A DNA stretch of 64,000 bases, taken from the NCBI RefSeq assembly GCF_964194025.1, contig NC_134471.1, positions 55,242,001-55,306,000 of the forward strand. The letters run 5' to 3'. Shown in pieces: positions 49,561 to 63,293 of the stretch. Within the stretch, counting starts at the first letter, position 1. Every line of letters begins with the position of its first letter. The notes below the pieces were generated by a model. That model ran no database searches. It was not told the DNA's origin and saw only the letters and a program-made list of their open reading frames with translations. A program made the translations under genes and the position numbers. The stretch comes from Convolutriloba macropyga (taxonomy: Eukaryota).

Positions 49561-50181
49561 TCAAGGGAAAAGGTCCAAGTGGCTCTTACCGAAAATTAGT
49601 GTGAAAGAAAATTGTTCGCGCACTTCAAATCCTATACATCAATCCCAATCTAGACCACCACACTACCGTGACCCTTAGTTCAATTCAACGACCCCAGCCA
49701 AGTAATAACCAATGTCCCCATTGTACACAAGTGTACGGGCCTCATAAAATCGGAAAGAAAATAAAATTAACACAAATACTATATCTTTTAATTATTCAAA
49801 AAAACGCCTTCCCGCCAACAGTCTAGCTTTACCTATTTAGCTCTTCCAAAATTTAAGTCTACCTTATTAACTCTACTTAGAGACTTAGCATCGCACCAAT
49901 GCTTCACGTAACAGAAAAGACCTGTCGGTTGTAATATGAAACCAAGAATTAGCCAAAATCCCCAACATCAACAAGGACACGCTCCTCAAAATAATCAAAC
50001 AAAAGTTAATACGAAAACCAATGTTAGTTCCTCTAATCGCTCAAAAAATCCTCTTCCCGCTATCAGCCCGGATTTACTTTAAATTTAGTCAGCAATAACA
50101 CCAAACAGTGTTAGCTGACGTAACTATCATAAAACAAACTTTTGGAAACCTCTTCCCATTCAGGTAGCTGACAAAAACACG

Positions 50182-51800
50182 ATGAACAGAAATCTTTAAT
50201 AAGATAAGTACAAAAAATTAAATTGTATAGCTTTCGTATTCATTTTTTTGTTAAATTTTTCTATTACATATTAAAGCTAGTAGTATTCCCTCTGATAATT
50301 TAAATAATGTTTCTGATAAGTTTCGAGTTATTCACTAAGTATGCTCACAAACTTGTGATAAAAAATTTATGCCTCAAGTAAATTAACGCCCTGTAAATTT
50401 ACATCCGAAAAAGTTCAAATGGTAGATACTGAAGTTACTCGTTACCAATTGTCTTACTGCACATTTATTGAAGTACCAATGTGCAAATCATGGGCGGTGG
50501 TTTTCCGTAAAAATTTTTTTATATGGTCAAAAAAATTTTATTGTACACAATGTTCCCAAAACAACGTTCGATATAATCATTACTCCATAACAATATTTGC
50601 CAGCAAAGAAAACTCGAAAACAAAAAAAAGTTAATTGAGGTCAGAAATCAAATAGACGTTCAAATCAAAAATGGAGTAACCAAAGTGAACTACCATAAAA
50701 GAGACTATATTGGAACCAATTTTCTCTACTTTGTGAGATGATCGTGGACAAATAAAACACTACTCTTTTGAGACAATGAGGCAACAAAAACTCTTCTAGA
50801 GATTGATATTAAAGCAACATTTACAACAGTCACTAAAAACACTTTTTTATTTCACTCAAAATAATTGTTTGATTGTATTCATGCTCACCAGCAACCGTTC
50901 ATTGTCATTGCTTTTCGATAAAGATGGCGGCATTGGTTGGTTTTATCAATGCCAAAAAACATTTGATATTATCAAAGGCAAAGTCCCCACTCAAAGTTCT
51001 TGATCAGAGTTATGACAGGATTCCTATTCATTATGATGACAGAAGAATTTTTGTCGAAGCTAATACTAGACAACATTATCCTTCGGCTAACGAAGTAAAA
51101 TGTGTTGGAGTCTACAAAGGTGCCCATTTTATTATGAATTTTTAGTAAAAATCTTAATTCTTGGTATCATTTCATGCCGTCAATTGTTCCTCTACAATCG
51201 CCCAGAGGTCTTGCAGCAAATTTTGCGGTTTCTATTCCAAAAATATTGGATATAAACCTCAAGGAGCCGGTATTTACACACCTAAACAACGAAAAACTTT
51301 TTGGGACAATATAAGTTCAGATGCAAGAAAAAGTCTTCAAAATTTTGCAAGAGAACTTTCATGGGTAGACAAATTGATCACACTCAAGAATACTTTTTTG
51401 GTTCAGCAATGGGAATAAACAGACAAATCTACCTTGATTTGTTGTAGTCACAGTGTGTCTTCAAATGTGTTCAAGCGTATCTTCAGCTCAGTAATTTTTT
51501 ACCTCAAAAAAACTGGTATGATTTTGGGTGCTTTTTTGTTTTAAAAATCATCAGGGATGTTGTAGTTGCAATTTTAGGTGCATTCAAACTCATTATCATC
51601 TCGAACAAAACACTTGCGTTATGAGAGATAGAGTTTGGAGTAAAGTGCAAATTATTCAATCTATCTCTCTTTACGCCTGTCTTCTCGCACGAAAATATAA
51701 CTAGTGCTCCAAGTGCTCAAAACGCAATTAAAAACCAGTATTACACTTACAGTGAAACAGAAAAACAACACTATTGTACTGACAATCCATTATAGAAGAT
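50182..51800 (+). pseudogene. env-like glycoprotein, copy 3 (N-terminus + C-terminus, middle deleted)
   Basis: N-terminus as above, then GGIGWFYQCQK, YDRIPIHY...FVEANTRQHYP...VKCVG, GAGIYTPKQRKTFWD and a transmembrane segment at ~51515-51590. Confidence 0.7.
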
Positions 51801-52653
51801 GGCAAAAAGAACGAAAATATTATGTATCCACATTTTCAACAAGACTTCGAAACAGAAAACCTGGTTTAACCCCTTCAATCTTTCAATTCTAATTTGGAGC
51901 ACATATTGAAAACAAACTGGACACATATTAGTTTCAAGTATTGCATGCAAAAACAAAATTATTCCTATCCATTTGGCTTCATTCCACTGTGACAATATAT
52001 TTAGATTTGGAAGTACCTCCAAAAATTAATGAATTTGGGTAAAAAATTTTCAAAGCATCAAGACCTACCCAAAAATTGAAAATTTACGGTTTTATTATTA
52101 ACAGCTAGACAATATCAGCATAGCTCTTGTTTTTTTAATAGCCTTATTTCTAAGTATGACTGTGTTAGTTGTGTAAAGTTTTTTTTTGTCAAAACCGACC
52201 AATCTTTTGCCAATTTACCAGATAAGGAAAACTTTCGTACAAGAACAAAGAAATAAAACCCTTCTAAAGAATTTAGACTTTGAATTTCACTTTTACTCCT
52301 CAGTGACCATGCTGGAAAAAATTTCGCTTATTGAGCTCTATCAAATTTAATTACTCTACCCACAGATTTAGCATCGCAACAAAACTTCACTCAACTGAAA
52401 ATACTGTCGGCCAAACTATGAAATTCAGATTTAACCAAAATTTCTATCATCCACAAGGACACGCTTCTCAAAGCAATCAAACAAAAGTTAATGCGAACAC
52501 AAATGATACTTCTTCTAATCCTTCAAAAAAATCTTTTCCCGCTATCAGTCCGGATTTACTTTAGTTTTAGGTATCAATAAAACCAAACAGTGTTAGTTGA
52601 CGTATCTATCACTAAACAAACATATGAAGTTTCTTGAGGTTGACAAAAACAGG

Positions 52654-53100
52654 ATGAACAGAAATCACTAATATAACAAATAAACTGTATTTCCTTCAGT
52701 GTCATTATATTTTTTTTTAGTTTTTACTATTCATATTACAACTAATAATTTTCCCTCTGATCATATATATGATTTTTCTAATGAATTGAGGATAATTCAC
52801 TACAATTGCTCCAAAACTGTTGACAAAAACATTTATACCTTAAATAATGTAGCGCCCTCTAAATTTGCATCCAAAAACATTCAAATGGTAGATACTCAGG
52901 TTACTCTTTACCGAGGATCTTAACGCACATTTTTTGAAGTACCAAGCTGATTTGCAAAGCAAGGGCGGTTCTTTTTTGTAGCAATTTTATTATATGCTTG
53001 AAATATTTTATTGTACATAATGTTCCCGTAAGTACGTAAGACATATTCATTACTCCAGAAAAATATTTGCAAGCTAAAAAAACCAGAAAAGATTAAAAAA
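52654..53100 (+). pseudogene. env-like glycoprotein, N-terminal fragment, copy 4
   Basis: FFLVFTIHITTNNFPSD...RIIHYNCSK...IYTLNNVAP...IQMVDTQVTLY. Confidence 0.65.
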
Positions 53101-54384
53101 CTGACATTTGCATTGAAACAGAAAATTGAAAAAAATGAAAAAATTGAGAAAACACGTCTTACTTCTTAGAAAATCTGTATTAGTTGTGTAATGTATTTTC
53201 TTTGTCAATAACGACTAGTCTCAATTTACGAGACAAGAAAAATTTTCGTACAAGAACAAAACAATATAAACCTTCTATTTATATTAGACTTTGAATTTTG
53301 GGTTACTAGGTAAACTGCGGCATCACTATTACTCCTCAATGTAACGCTGGAAAAATTTTGCGTATTTAGCGCTAAAAATTTTTAATACTCTTCTTACAGA
53401 CTCACCATCACAACAATGATTCAAATAGCAGAAAAAGTTCCATCGGTAAGAATAGGAAACCAAGAAGTTTGGCTGTTAGCTATACACAATGTTTCGGAAT
53501 ACGTGGTAGTTATGTTTGTAACACAGCCTAACAGCATTCTTTTTAAATTATTTGCAGTCATATTAAGCTTTCCCGATTTTTAGATTTCTTTCTTTTAGCA
53601 TACAAGACAAATATTGCCTTCATATTACCTTAACCATTTTATTTTCTCAAAAGAAAATTTTGGAATTATTTATTTCCGCAAGAGTTGTTTAAAACGGAAA
53701 ATATTTTCTGATAAATCTTTCATAATATCCAAAAACGATCCAATTATTCCCGTGCTGGTGTTACAAATTGACACTTAGAAACTTGGTCTGAAGGCTACAT
53801 CACTTGGTCAACAGTTTCTTTTTATTTGGAATTCTTCGGAAGCCTGTGCAACACATTCGACCTAATTTAACCATTCCTTTCGATTTAGATCTTCTATAAT
53901 GCTTTTCCATTTTATTGAAAGACTAGTACAAATAACTTTATTGGAAAACTTTTTCACCACCATCCCAACTGGCAAGCTAAACCGTTGTTTCATCGCATAC
54001 CTCATGGATTGATTTTTTTTAGCAATTTTCGACCTAGAAGAATCGTTCACCGTACAAAATGAATATTCAACCCTATTCCCTAAACAACAAAAAAAGTCAA
54101 AAAACTCAACGATGGTTTCAGCGAGATCAGACTGGACAATTACTACCCTCTCAGAATTCTCTTTTTCTACCTGAACAACAGTGTAACCGACAATTTTTTC
54201 TAACACTCAGATCTCAACTTCAATTTTTTCGTAGACTTCGCTGAATCAAACACCCCAGCACAAAGTATACTTCTGAAAAAACAACTTCCTCTCTTTTTTA
54301 ACCTTAAAGATTTTCTCTTCCTTTCGTTCCCTTTTTCCCTTTTGAAGGTATATCTCACCTTGTAGTTTACTCAATTTTTTAAAA

Positions 54385-55710
54385 ATCCAATTGTGGCGAT
54401 CTGAAACCAAATTTAAAAATATGACTACAGAACCAGATCACCTTGATTATACTGGTGGATTTATTACGGAAACTGGCGTACCAAATGGAAATAAATGCAC
54501 AACAATTCTTTCAAACACTGTGTTGAACATGACAACAGCTTAAGTGTTACTGAATTCAAACAAGTGCCGTTTGCTTATCAAGACAATTCAGCCACCTATA
54601 ATGGTTTTCAACAGGAATAACATGTTGTAAAAGTTTACTTGGATTATGACGTTATTCTCGAGGTAAAAATGCACTACATAGTTCATTTCAATTCCCATCA
54701 AGTAGAACACGCATGGAAAAGTGTGGTCCATAAAATAATGTGAAGTTGAGCGCACCCAGAAAACAATTGACACTAATGTTATTCCCTCAAAATAATCATT
54801 TGATTGTATTCATGCTCACCAGCAACCGTTCATTGGTTTTCAACACAAATGACAGCATCGGTTGGTTTTATCGATGTCAAAAAAACATAAGTCCCCACAC
54901 AATGTTCTTAATCAGTTTTATGACAGCATTCCTATTCATTATAATGATAGAAAATTTTTTTTCGACCATAAGACTAGACAACATTATCCTGCTTAAAACG
55001 AAGTAAAAAGTGCTGGAGTTCGCAAAGATGCCCACCAACTTGTTGTTAATAGTGATAATTCTTGGTAGCAATTGTTCCTTTACAATCGTCCAGAAGTTCT
55101 GCCGCAAATTTGCAGTTTTGCCGTTTCTATTCCAAAAAGTTATGGATATGAACCTCATGGAGCCGGTATTTACACACCTAATCAACAAAAATTTTCTTGG
55201 GGCATTAGTTTACATCCAGATGCATGGAATTAGCCCAGAAAAAATTTTAACAGAATTCTCATAGGTAGACAAATTGATCACACGCTAGAATACATTTTTG
55301 CTTCAGCAATGGGAATAACCAGACAAATCTACCTTGATTTGTTCTAGTCACCACAATGTTTCCTCAAATGAACCTCACGCGTACCTTCGGCTCAGTGAGT
55401 TTTTACCTCGAAAAATTTGGTATAATTTTGCGTGTTTTCTTTATTTAAAAATCATCAGGGATATAGTAGTTGCAATTATAGGTGCCTTTGAACTCATTAT
55501 CATCTCGAACAAAACACTTGCGTCATGAAAAATAGAGTTCGGAGTAAAGCACAAATTATTTAATTTATCTCTCTATACGTCTGTCTTCTCGCAAGAAAAT
55601 ATAACTAGTGCTGCAAGTGCTCAAAGTGCAATTGAAAACCATTACCACGCTAACAGTAAAAGAGAAAAACAACACCATTGTACTCACCATCCATTACCAG
55701 AAGATAGCAA
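54385..55710 (+). pseudogene. env-like glycoprotein, C-terminal half, copy 5
   Basis: YTGGFIT, CEVER, MLTSNRSL, IGWFYRCQK, GIYT and transmembrane FACFLYLKIIRDIVVAIIGAFELIII. Confidence 0.7.
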
Positions 55711-56789
55711 AAGGAATGAAAACTTTGTGTATCCACATCTTTCAAATCCCTTACATCTTTCAAATCCAATTTTGACAACATACCAGACACATATTATTTT
55801 CAACTTTTGCATGCAGAAAAAAAACTGTTCCGATCAAAATTGCTTCATTCCACTATGACAATATGTTTAGATTTAGAAGTAACTGCAAAACACTAAAAAT
55901 TTTCCTACTGTTACGCGAACTGGTTGATGAATCAACCAAACTTTATATTTTGGGTTAAAAATTCCACAAAAATTGAAATATTTTATCTCTAGAAAAACCT
56001 TAAAAGGACTTATTCCCTCAAGAGTTGTTTAATACAGAAAATATTTTTTTAAAAAATCTTTCATAATATCCAGAAACGATCAAGTTACTCACCTACTGGT
56101 GTTACACATTGAAACTTGGTTTGTTGGCTACATCACTTTGTAACCAGTTTCTCCTTATTAGGAATTTTTCAGAAGCCTGTGCAACATATTTGACATAATT
56201 TACCCCATTCCTTTTGATTTAGATCTTCTATAATGCTTTTCCATTTCATTGGAAGACTGGTACAAATAACTTTCTTGGTAAATTATTTCACCACCACCCC
56301 AAGTGGCAAACTAAAACGTTGCTTCATCTTACACCTCCTGGATTGATTTCTTTCTAGCAATTAACGACCCAGAAGAGTCATTCCCCGTACAAAATGAATA
56401 CTCATCCCTGTTCCATAAACAACAAAATAAGTCATAAAAACTCAACGACGGTTTCAGCGAAATCAGACTGGACAATTACTAACCTCTCAGAATAATCTTT
56501 TTTCAACCTGAACAACGGTGTAACCGACAGTTTTTTCTAACACTCATAACTGCAATTTTTTGTAGACAGGGCTGAATCAAACACACCAGCATAAAGTATA
56601 CCTCTAAAAAAGAACTATCATTTTATCTTTTTCATCTTTAGAGGTCTTTCTCTTCTTTTTATTCCCTTTTTTCCACTATTGTAGGTGTATCATACATTAA
56701 AGGTTACTCAATTTTTCTCCTTTAAAAGACCCATTTAGCAAAATGTTTCTTTATCTAATTATTAAGTTTGTTAAAAACTACTTTAGTTC

Positions 56790-58260
56790 AAGTTTGCTTC
56801 GCAATAACAAATTCTTGTTTTATACCATCGAAAAAAATCCATTTTAGACTATCTGAAACCAAACTTTAAAAAATATGACTACAGAACCAGATCAACCTGA
56901 TTATACTGGTGGATTTATTACGTAAACTGGCGTACCAAATGGAAAGAAAAGCACAACAATCCTTTCAAACACTGTGTTTAACATGACAATAGCTTAAGTG
57001 TTTATGAATTCAAACAATTGCCGTCTACTGATCAAGACAATGCAGCCACCTATAATGGTTTCTAACAGGAAAAACATGTTGTAAAAGTTAATTTGAATTA
57101 TGACGTTATTCTCGAGGTAAAAATGCACTACATAGTTTATTTCAATTCCCATCAAGCAGAACACGCATGGAAAAAGTGTGGTCCCCGAAACAATGTGAAG
57201 TTGAGCAACAACAGAAAATAAATGACACTTATGTTATTCACTCAAAATAATCATTTGATTGTTCACGCATGGAAAAGTGTGGTCCACGAAACAATGTGAA
57301 GTTGAGCAAACACAGAAAATAAATGACACTTATGTTATTGACTCAAAATAATCATTTGATTGTTTTCATGCTCACCGGCAACCGTTTATTGGTTTTCAAC
57401 ACAAATGACAGCATTGGTTGGTTTTATCAATGTCAAAAAACATAAGTCCCCACACAAAGTTCTTAATCAGTGTTGTGACAGCATTTCTATTCATTATAAT
57501 GATAGAAAATTTTTTGTCGACCATAATACTAGACAACATTATCCTGCTTATAACGAAGTAAAATGTGTTGGAGTTCGCAAAGATGCCCACCAACATGTTA
57601 TTAACAGTGATAATTCTTGGTAGCAATTGTTCCTTTACAATCAGCCACAGGTTCTGCCGCAAATTGGCAGTTTTGCCGTTTCTATACCAAAAATTTATGA
57701 ATATGAACCTCATGGAGCCCGTATTTGCACACCTAATCAACAGAAAACTTCTTGGGGCAAGAATTTACATTCAGATGCAAGGAATTAGCCTCGAACAAAT
57801 TTTAACAGAATTGTCATAGGTAGACAAATTGATCACACGCTAGAACACATTTTTGCTTCAGCAATTGGAATAAACAGACAAACCTACCTTGATTTGTTCT
57901 AGTCACCACAATGTTTCCTCAAATGAACCTCAAGCGTACCTTCGGCTCAGTAAGTTTTTACCTTGAAAAATTTGGTATAATTTTGCGTGTTTTCTTTATT
58001 TAAAAATCATCAGGGATATAGTAGTTGCAATTATAGGTGCCTTTGAACTCATTATCATCTCGAACAAAACACTTGCGTCATGAAAAATAGAGTTCGAAAT
58101 AAAGTACAAATTATTTAATCTATCTCTCTATACGTCTGTCTTCTCGCAAGAAAATATAACTAGTGCTGCAAGTGCTCAAAGTGCAATTGAAAACCATTAC
58201 CACGCTAACAGTAAAAGAGAAAAACAACACCATTGTACTCACCATCCATTACCAGAAGAT
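56790..58260 (+). pseudogene. env-like glycoprotein, C-terminal half, copy 6 (with ~101-bp internal duplication)
   Basis: QCCDSISIHYNDRKFFVDHNTRQHYPAYNEVKCVG; tandem unit of ~2.5 kb. Confidence 0.7.
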
Positions 58261-59349
58261 AGCAAAAGGAATGAGAACTTTGTGTATCCACATCTTTCAA
58301 ATCCCTTACATCTTTCAAATCCAATTTTGACAACATACCGGACACATGTTTTTTTCAACTATTGCATGCAGAAAAAAAACTGTTCCGATCAAAATTGCTT
58401 CATTCCACTATGACAATATGTTTAGATTTAGAAGTAACTGCAAAATACTAAAAGTTTTCCTACTGTTACGCGAACTGGTTGATGAATCAACCAAACTTTA
58501 TATTTTGGGTTAAAAATTCCACAAAAATTGAAATATTTTATCTCTAGAAAAACCTTAAAAGGACTTATTCCCTCAAGAGTTGTTTAATACAGAAAATATT
58601 TTTTTAAAAAATCTTTCATAATATCCAGAAACGATCAAGTTACTCACCTACTGGTGTTACACATTGAAACTTGGTTTGTTGGCTACATCACTTTGTAACC
58701 AGTTTCTCCTTATTGGGAATTCTTCAGAAGCCTGTGCAACATATTTGACCTAATTTACCCCATTCCTTTTGATTTAGATCTTCTATAATGCTTTTCCATT
58801 TCATTGGAAGACTGGAACAAATAACTTTCTTGGTAAATTTTTTCACCACCACCCCAAGTGGCAAACTAAAACGTTGCTTCATCTTACACCTCCTGGATTG
58901 ATTTTTTTCTAGCAATTAACGACCCAGAAGAATCATTCCCCGTACAAAATGAATACTCATCCCTGTTCCATAAACAACAAAATAAGTCATAAAAACTCAA
59001 CGACGGTTTCAGCGAAATCAGACTGGACAATTACTAACCTCTCAGAATTATCTTTTTTCAACCTGAACAACGGTGTAACCGACAATTTTTTCTAACACTC
59101 AGAACTGCAATTTTTTTGTAGACAGGGCTGAATCAAACACACCAGCATAAAGTATACCTCTGAAAAAGAACTTCTATCTTTTTATCTTTTTCATCTTTAG
59201 AGGTCTTTCTCTTCTTTTTGTTCCCTTTTTTCCACTATTGTAGGTGTATCATACATTAAAGGTTACTCAATTTTTTCTCCTTTAAAAGATCCATTTAGCA
59301 AAATGTTTCTTTATCTAATTATTAAATTTGTTAAAAACTACTTTAGTTC

Positions 59350-60820
59350 AAGTTTGCTTCGCAATAACAAATTCTTGTTTTATACCATCGAAAAAAATCC
59401 ATTTGTGACTATCTGAAACCAAACTTTAAAAAATATGACTACAGAACCAGATCAACCTGATTATACTGGTGGATTTATTACGGAAACTGGCGTACCAAAC
59501 GGAAAGAAAAGCACAACAATCCTTTCAAACACTGTGTTTAACATGACAATAGCTTAAGTGTTTATGAATTCAAACAATTGCCGTCTACTGATCAAGACAA
59601 TGCAGCCACCTATAATGTTTTCTAACAGGGAAAACATGTTGTAAAAGTTAATTTGAATTATGACGTTATTCTCGAGGTAAAAATGCGCTACATAGTTTAT
59701 TTCAATTCCCATCAAGCAGAACACGCATGGAAAAGTGTGGTCCCCGAAACAATGTGAAGTTGAGCAAACACAGAAAATAAATGACACTTATGTTATTCAC
59801 TCAAAATAATCATTTGATTGTTCACGCATGGAAAAGTGTGGTCCACGAAACAATGTGAAGTTGAGCAAACACAGAAAATAAATGACACTTATGTTATTCA
59901 CTCAAAATAATCATTTGATTGTTTTCATGCTCACCGGCAACCGTTTATTGGTTTTCAACACAAATGACAGCATCGGTTGGTTTTATCAATGTCAAAAAAC
60001 ATAAGTCCCCTCACAAAGTTCTTAATCAGTGTTGTGACAGCATTTCTATTCATTATAATGATAGAAATTTTTTTGTCGACCATAATACTAGACAACATTA
60101 TCCTGCTTATAACGAAGTAAAATGTGTTGGAGTTCGCAAAGATGCCCACCAACATGTTATTAACAGTGATAATTCTTGGTAGCAATTGTTCCTTTACAAT
60201 CAGCCACAGGTTCTGCCGCAAATTGGCAGTTTTGCCGTTTCTATACCAAAAATTTATGGATATGAACCTCATGGAGCCCGTATTTGCACACCTAATCAAC
60301 AGAAAACTTCTTGGGGCAAGAATATACATTCAGATGCAAGGAATTAGCCTCGAACAAATTTTAACAGAATTGTCATAGGTAGACAAATTGATCACACGCT
60401 AGAACACATTTTTGCTTCAGCAATTGGAATAAACAGACAAACCTACCTTGATTTGTTCTAGTCACCACAATGTTTCCTCAAATGAACCTCAAGCGTACCT
60501 TCGGCTCAGTAAGTTTTTACCTTGAAAAATTTGGTATAATTTTGCGTGCATTCTTTATTTAAAAATCATCAGTGATATAGTAGTCGCAATTATAGGTGCC
60601 TTTGAACACATTATCATCTCGAACAAAACACTTGCGTTATGAAAAATAGAGTTCGGAGTAAGGTACAAATTATTTAATCTATCTCTCTATACGTCTGTCT
60701 TCTCGCCCGAAAATATAACTAATGCTCCAAGTGCTCAAAGCGCAATTAAAAACCATTACCACACTAACAGTAAAAGAGAAAAACAACAGCATTGTACTCA
60801 CCATCCATTACTAGAAGATA
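59350..60820 (+). pseudogene. env-like glycoprotein, C-terminal half, copy 7 (with ~101-bp internal duplication)
   Basis: Nearly identical to copy 6 at an offset of ~2560 bp. Confidence 0.7.
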
Positions 60821-61984
60821 GCAAAAAGGAATGAAAATTTTGTGTATCCATATTTACCACATAATTCGGAGGCAGAAAACTTGGTTTAATACCCTTACAT
60901 CTTTCAAATCCAGGACAACATTTTGACAACATACCGGACACATATTAGCTTCAACTATTGCATGCAGAAAAAAAACTGTTCCGATCAAAATTGCTTCATT
61001 CCACTATGACAATATGTTTAGATTTAGAAGTAACTGCAAAAAATTAAAAGTTTTCCTACTGTTACGAGAACTGGTTGATGAATCAATCAAACTTTTTATT
61101 TTGGGTTGAAAATTCTACAAACATTGAAACTTTTTTTCTCTAGAATCTACAAACATTGAAACTTTTTTCTCTAGAAAAATTTTGGAGGACTTATTCCATC
61201 AGGAGTTGTTTAATACGGAAAATATTTTTTGAAAAATCTTTCAAAATATCCAAAAACGATCAAATTACTTACCTACTGGTGTTACACATTGAAACTTGGT
61301 CTGACGGCTACATCACTTTCTTGCAAGCTTCTCCTTATTGGGAATTCTTCAGAGGCCTGTGCAACACATTTGATCTAATTTACCCCATTTTTTTCGATTT
61401 AAATCTTCTATAATGCCTTTCTATTTCATTGGATGACTAGTACAAATAACATTCTTGGTGAATTCTTTCACCACCACCCCAACTGGCAAACTAAAACGTT
61501 GTTTCATCTTACACCTCGTGGATTGACTTCTTTCTAGCAATTATCGACCCAGAAGAATCATTCCCTGTACAAAATGAATACCCTACCCTGTTCCCTAAAC
61601 AACAAAAAAATAAAAATTCAAAAATTCAACGATGCTTTCAGCGAAATCAGACTTGACAATTACTACCCTCTCAGAATTCCCTTTTTTCTACCTGAACAAC
61701 GGTGTAACCGACAATTTTTTCTAACACTCAGATGTCAACTACAATTTTTTTCGTAGACAGCGCTGAATCAAACACGCCAGCACAAAGCATACTTCTAAAA
61801 AAAGAACTTCCTATCTTTTTCATCCTTAAAGGTCTTTCTCTTCTTTTTGTTCCCTCTTTTCACTATTGGAGGTTTATCTGACATTAAAGATTACTCAATT
61901 TTTTTCTCCTTTAAAAGCAGCATTTAGCAAAATGTTTCTTTATCTAATTATTAAGTTTGTTTAAAACTACTTTAGTTGAAGGGT

Positions 61985-63050
61985 GCTTCGCAATAACAAA
62001 TTCTTGTTTTATACCATCGAAAAAACCATTTTTGACAAACCAAACCATTTCGTAAACCAAAAATTTTTAAAATTTGACTGCAGAACCAGGTCACCATCAT
62101 TTTACTAGTGGATTTATTACGAAAGTTGGCGTAGCAAGTGGAAAAAATGCACAACATTTCTTTCAAACACTTTGTGTTGAACATGACAATAGCTTAATTG
62201 CTTTTGAATTCAAACAAGTGCCGTCTGGTGATCAAGACAATTAAGCCGCCTATAGTGGTTTCCAACGCGGAAAACATGTAGTAAAAGATCAACAGGATTA
62301 AAACGTTATTCTCGCGGTAAAAATGCACTTATAGTTTATTTCAATTCCAAGCAAGTAGAAAACGCATGGAAAAGTGTGGTCCATGAATAAATGTGAACTT
62401 GACCGCACCACAAAAAAATGACAGTTATAATATTCACTCAAAAAAATTGTTTAATTCATGCTCATCAGCAACCGTTCACTGTTTTTCAACACAGATGGCA
62501 GCATGAGTTGGTTTTATCAATGTCAAAAAATTTATGTCCCCACTCAAAGTTCTTGATCAGTGTTATGACAGGGTTCCTGTTCACTACAATGAAAGAAAAA
62601 ATTTTTTCGACATTATCAGTAAACAACATTACCCTGCTTTCAATTAAGTAAAATGTGTTGGAGTTTGCAAAGATGCTCACCAACTTTTTATTAATATTGA
62701 TAATTCTTGCTATCTTTTAAGGCCAACATTTGTTCTTCTACAGTCACCCAGAGTTTTTGCCGCAAATTTGCAGTTTTGCTGTTTCTCTCCCAAAAAAGTA
62801 TCGGATATGAACCTCATGGAGCCAGTATATACACACCTACACAAAAAAGAACTTCTTGGGGCAATTTACATTCAGATGCAGGAAAATAGCCTTAAAACAT
62901 TTTAACAGAATCGTCATAGGGAGACAAATTGATCACACGCAGGAATATATTTTTGCTTCAACTATGGGAATAAAGAGACACATCTACCTTGATTTGTTGT
63001 AGTCACCACAATGTTTCCTCAATTGTGTTCAAGCGTACCTTCGGCTCAGT
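61985..63050 (+). pseudogene. env-like glycoprotein, C-terminal half, copy 8 (truncated before the transmembrane segment)
   Basis: QCYDRVPVHY, IGYEPHGASIYTP; breaks at ~63050 into the pre-env spacer. Confidence 0.65.
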
Positions 63051-63293
63051 ACTTTGCTCGGAACCAAGATTTAACCAAAATCCCCACATCCACTAGGACA
63101 CTATCCTCAAAATAATCAAACAGAATTTAATGCGAACAAAACTGTTATGTCTTCTAATCGCACAATAACGCCTCTTCCCGCAATCAGGCCGGATTTATTT
63201 TAATTTTAGATACCAAAAAAAAACAAACAGTGTGAGCTTACGTACCTATCACTAAACAAATTTATCAAATTTCTTGTGGCTGACAAAAACAGG

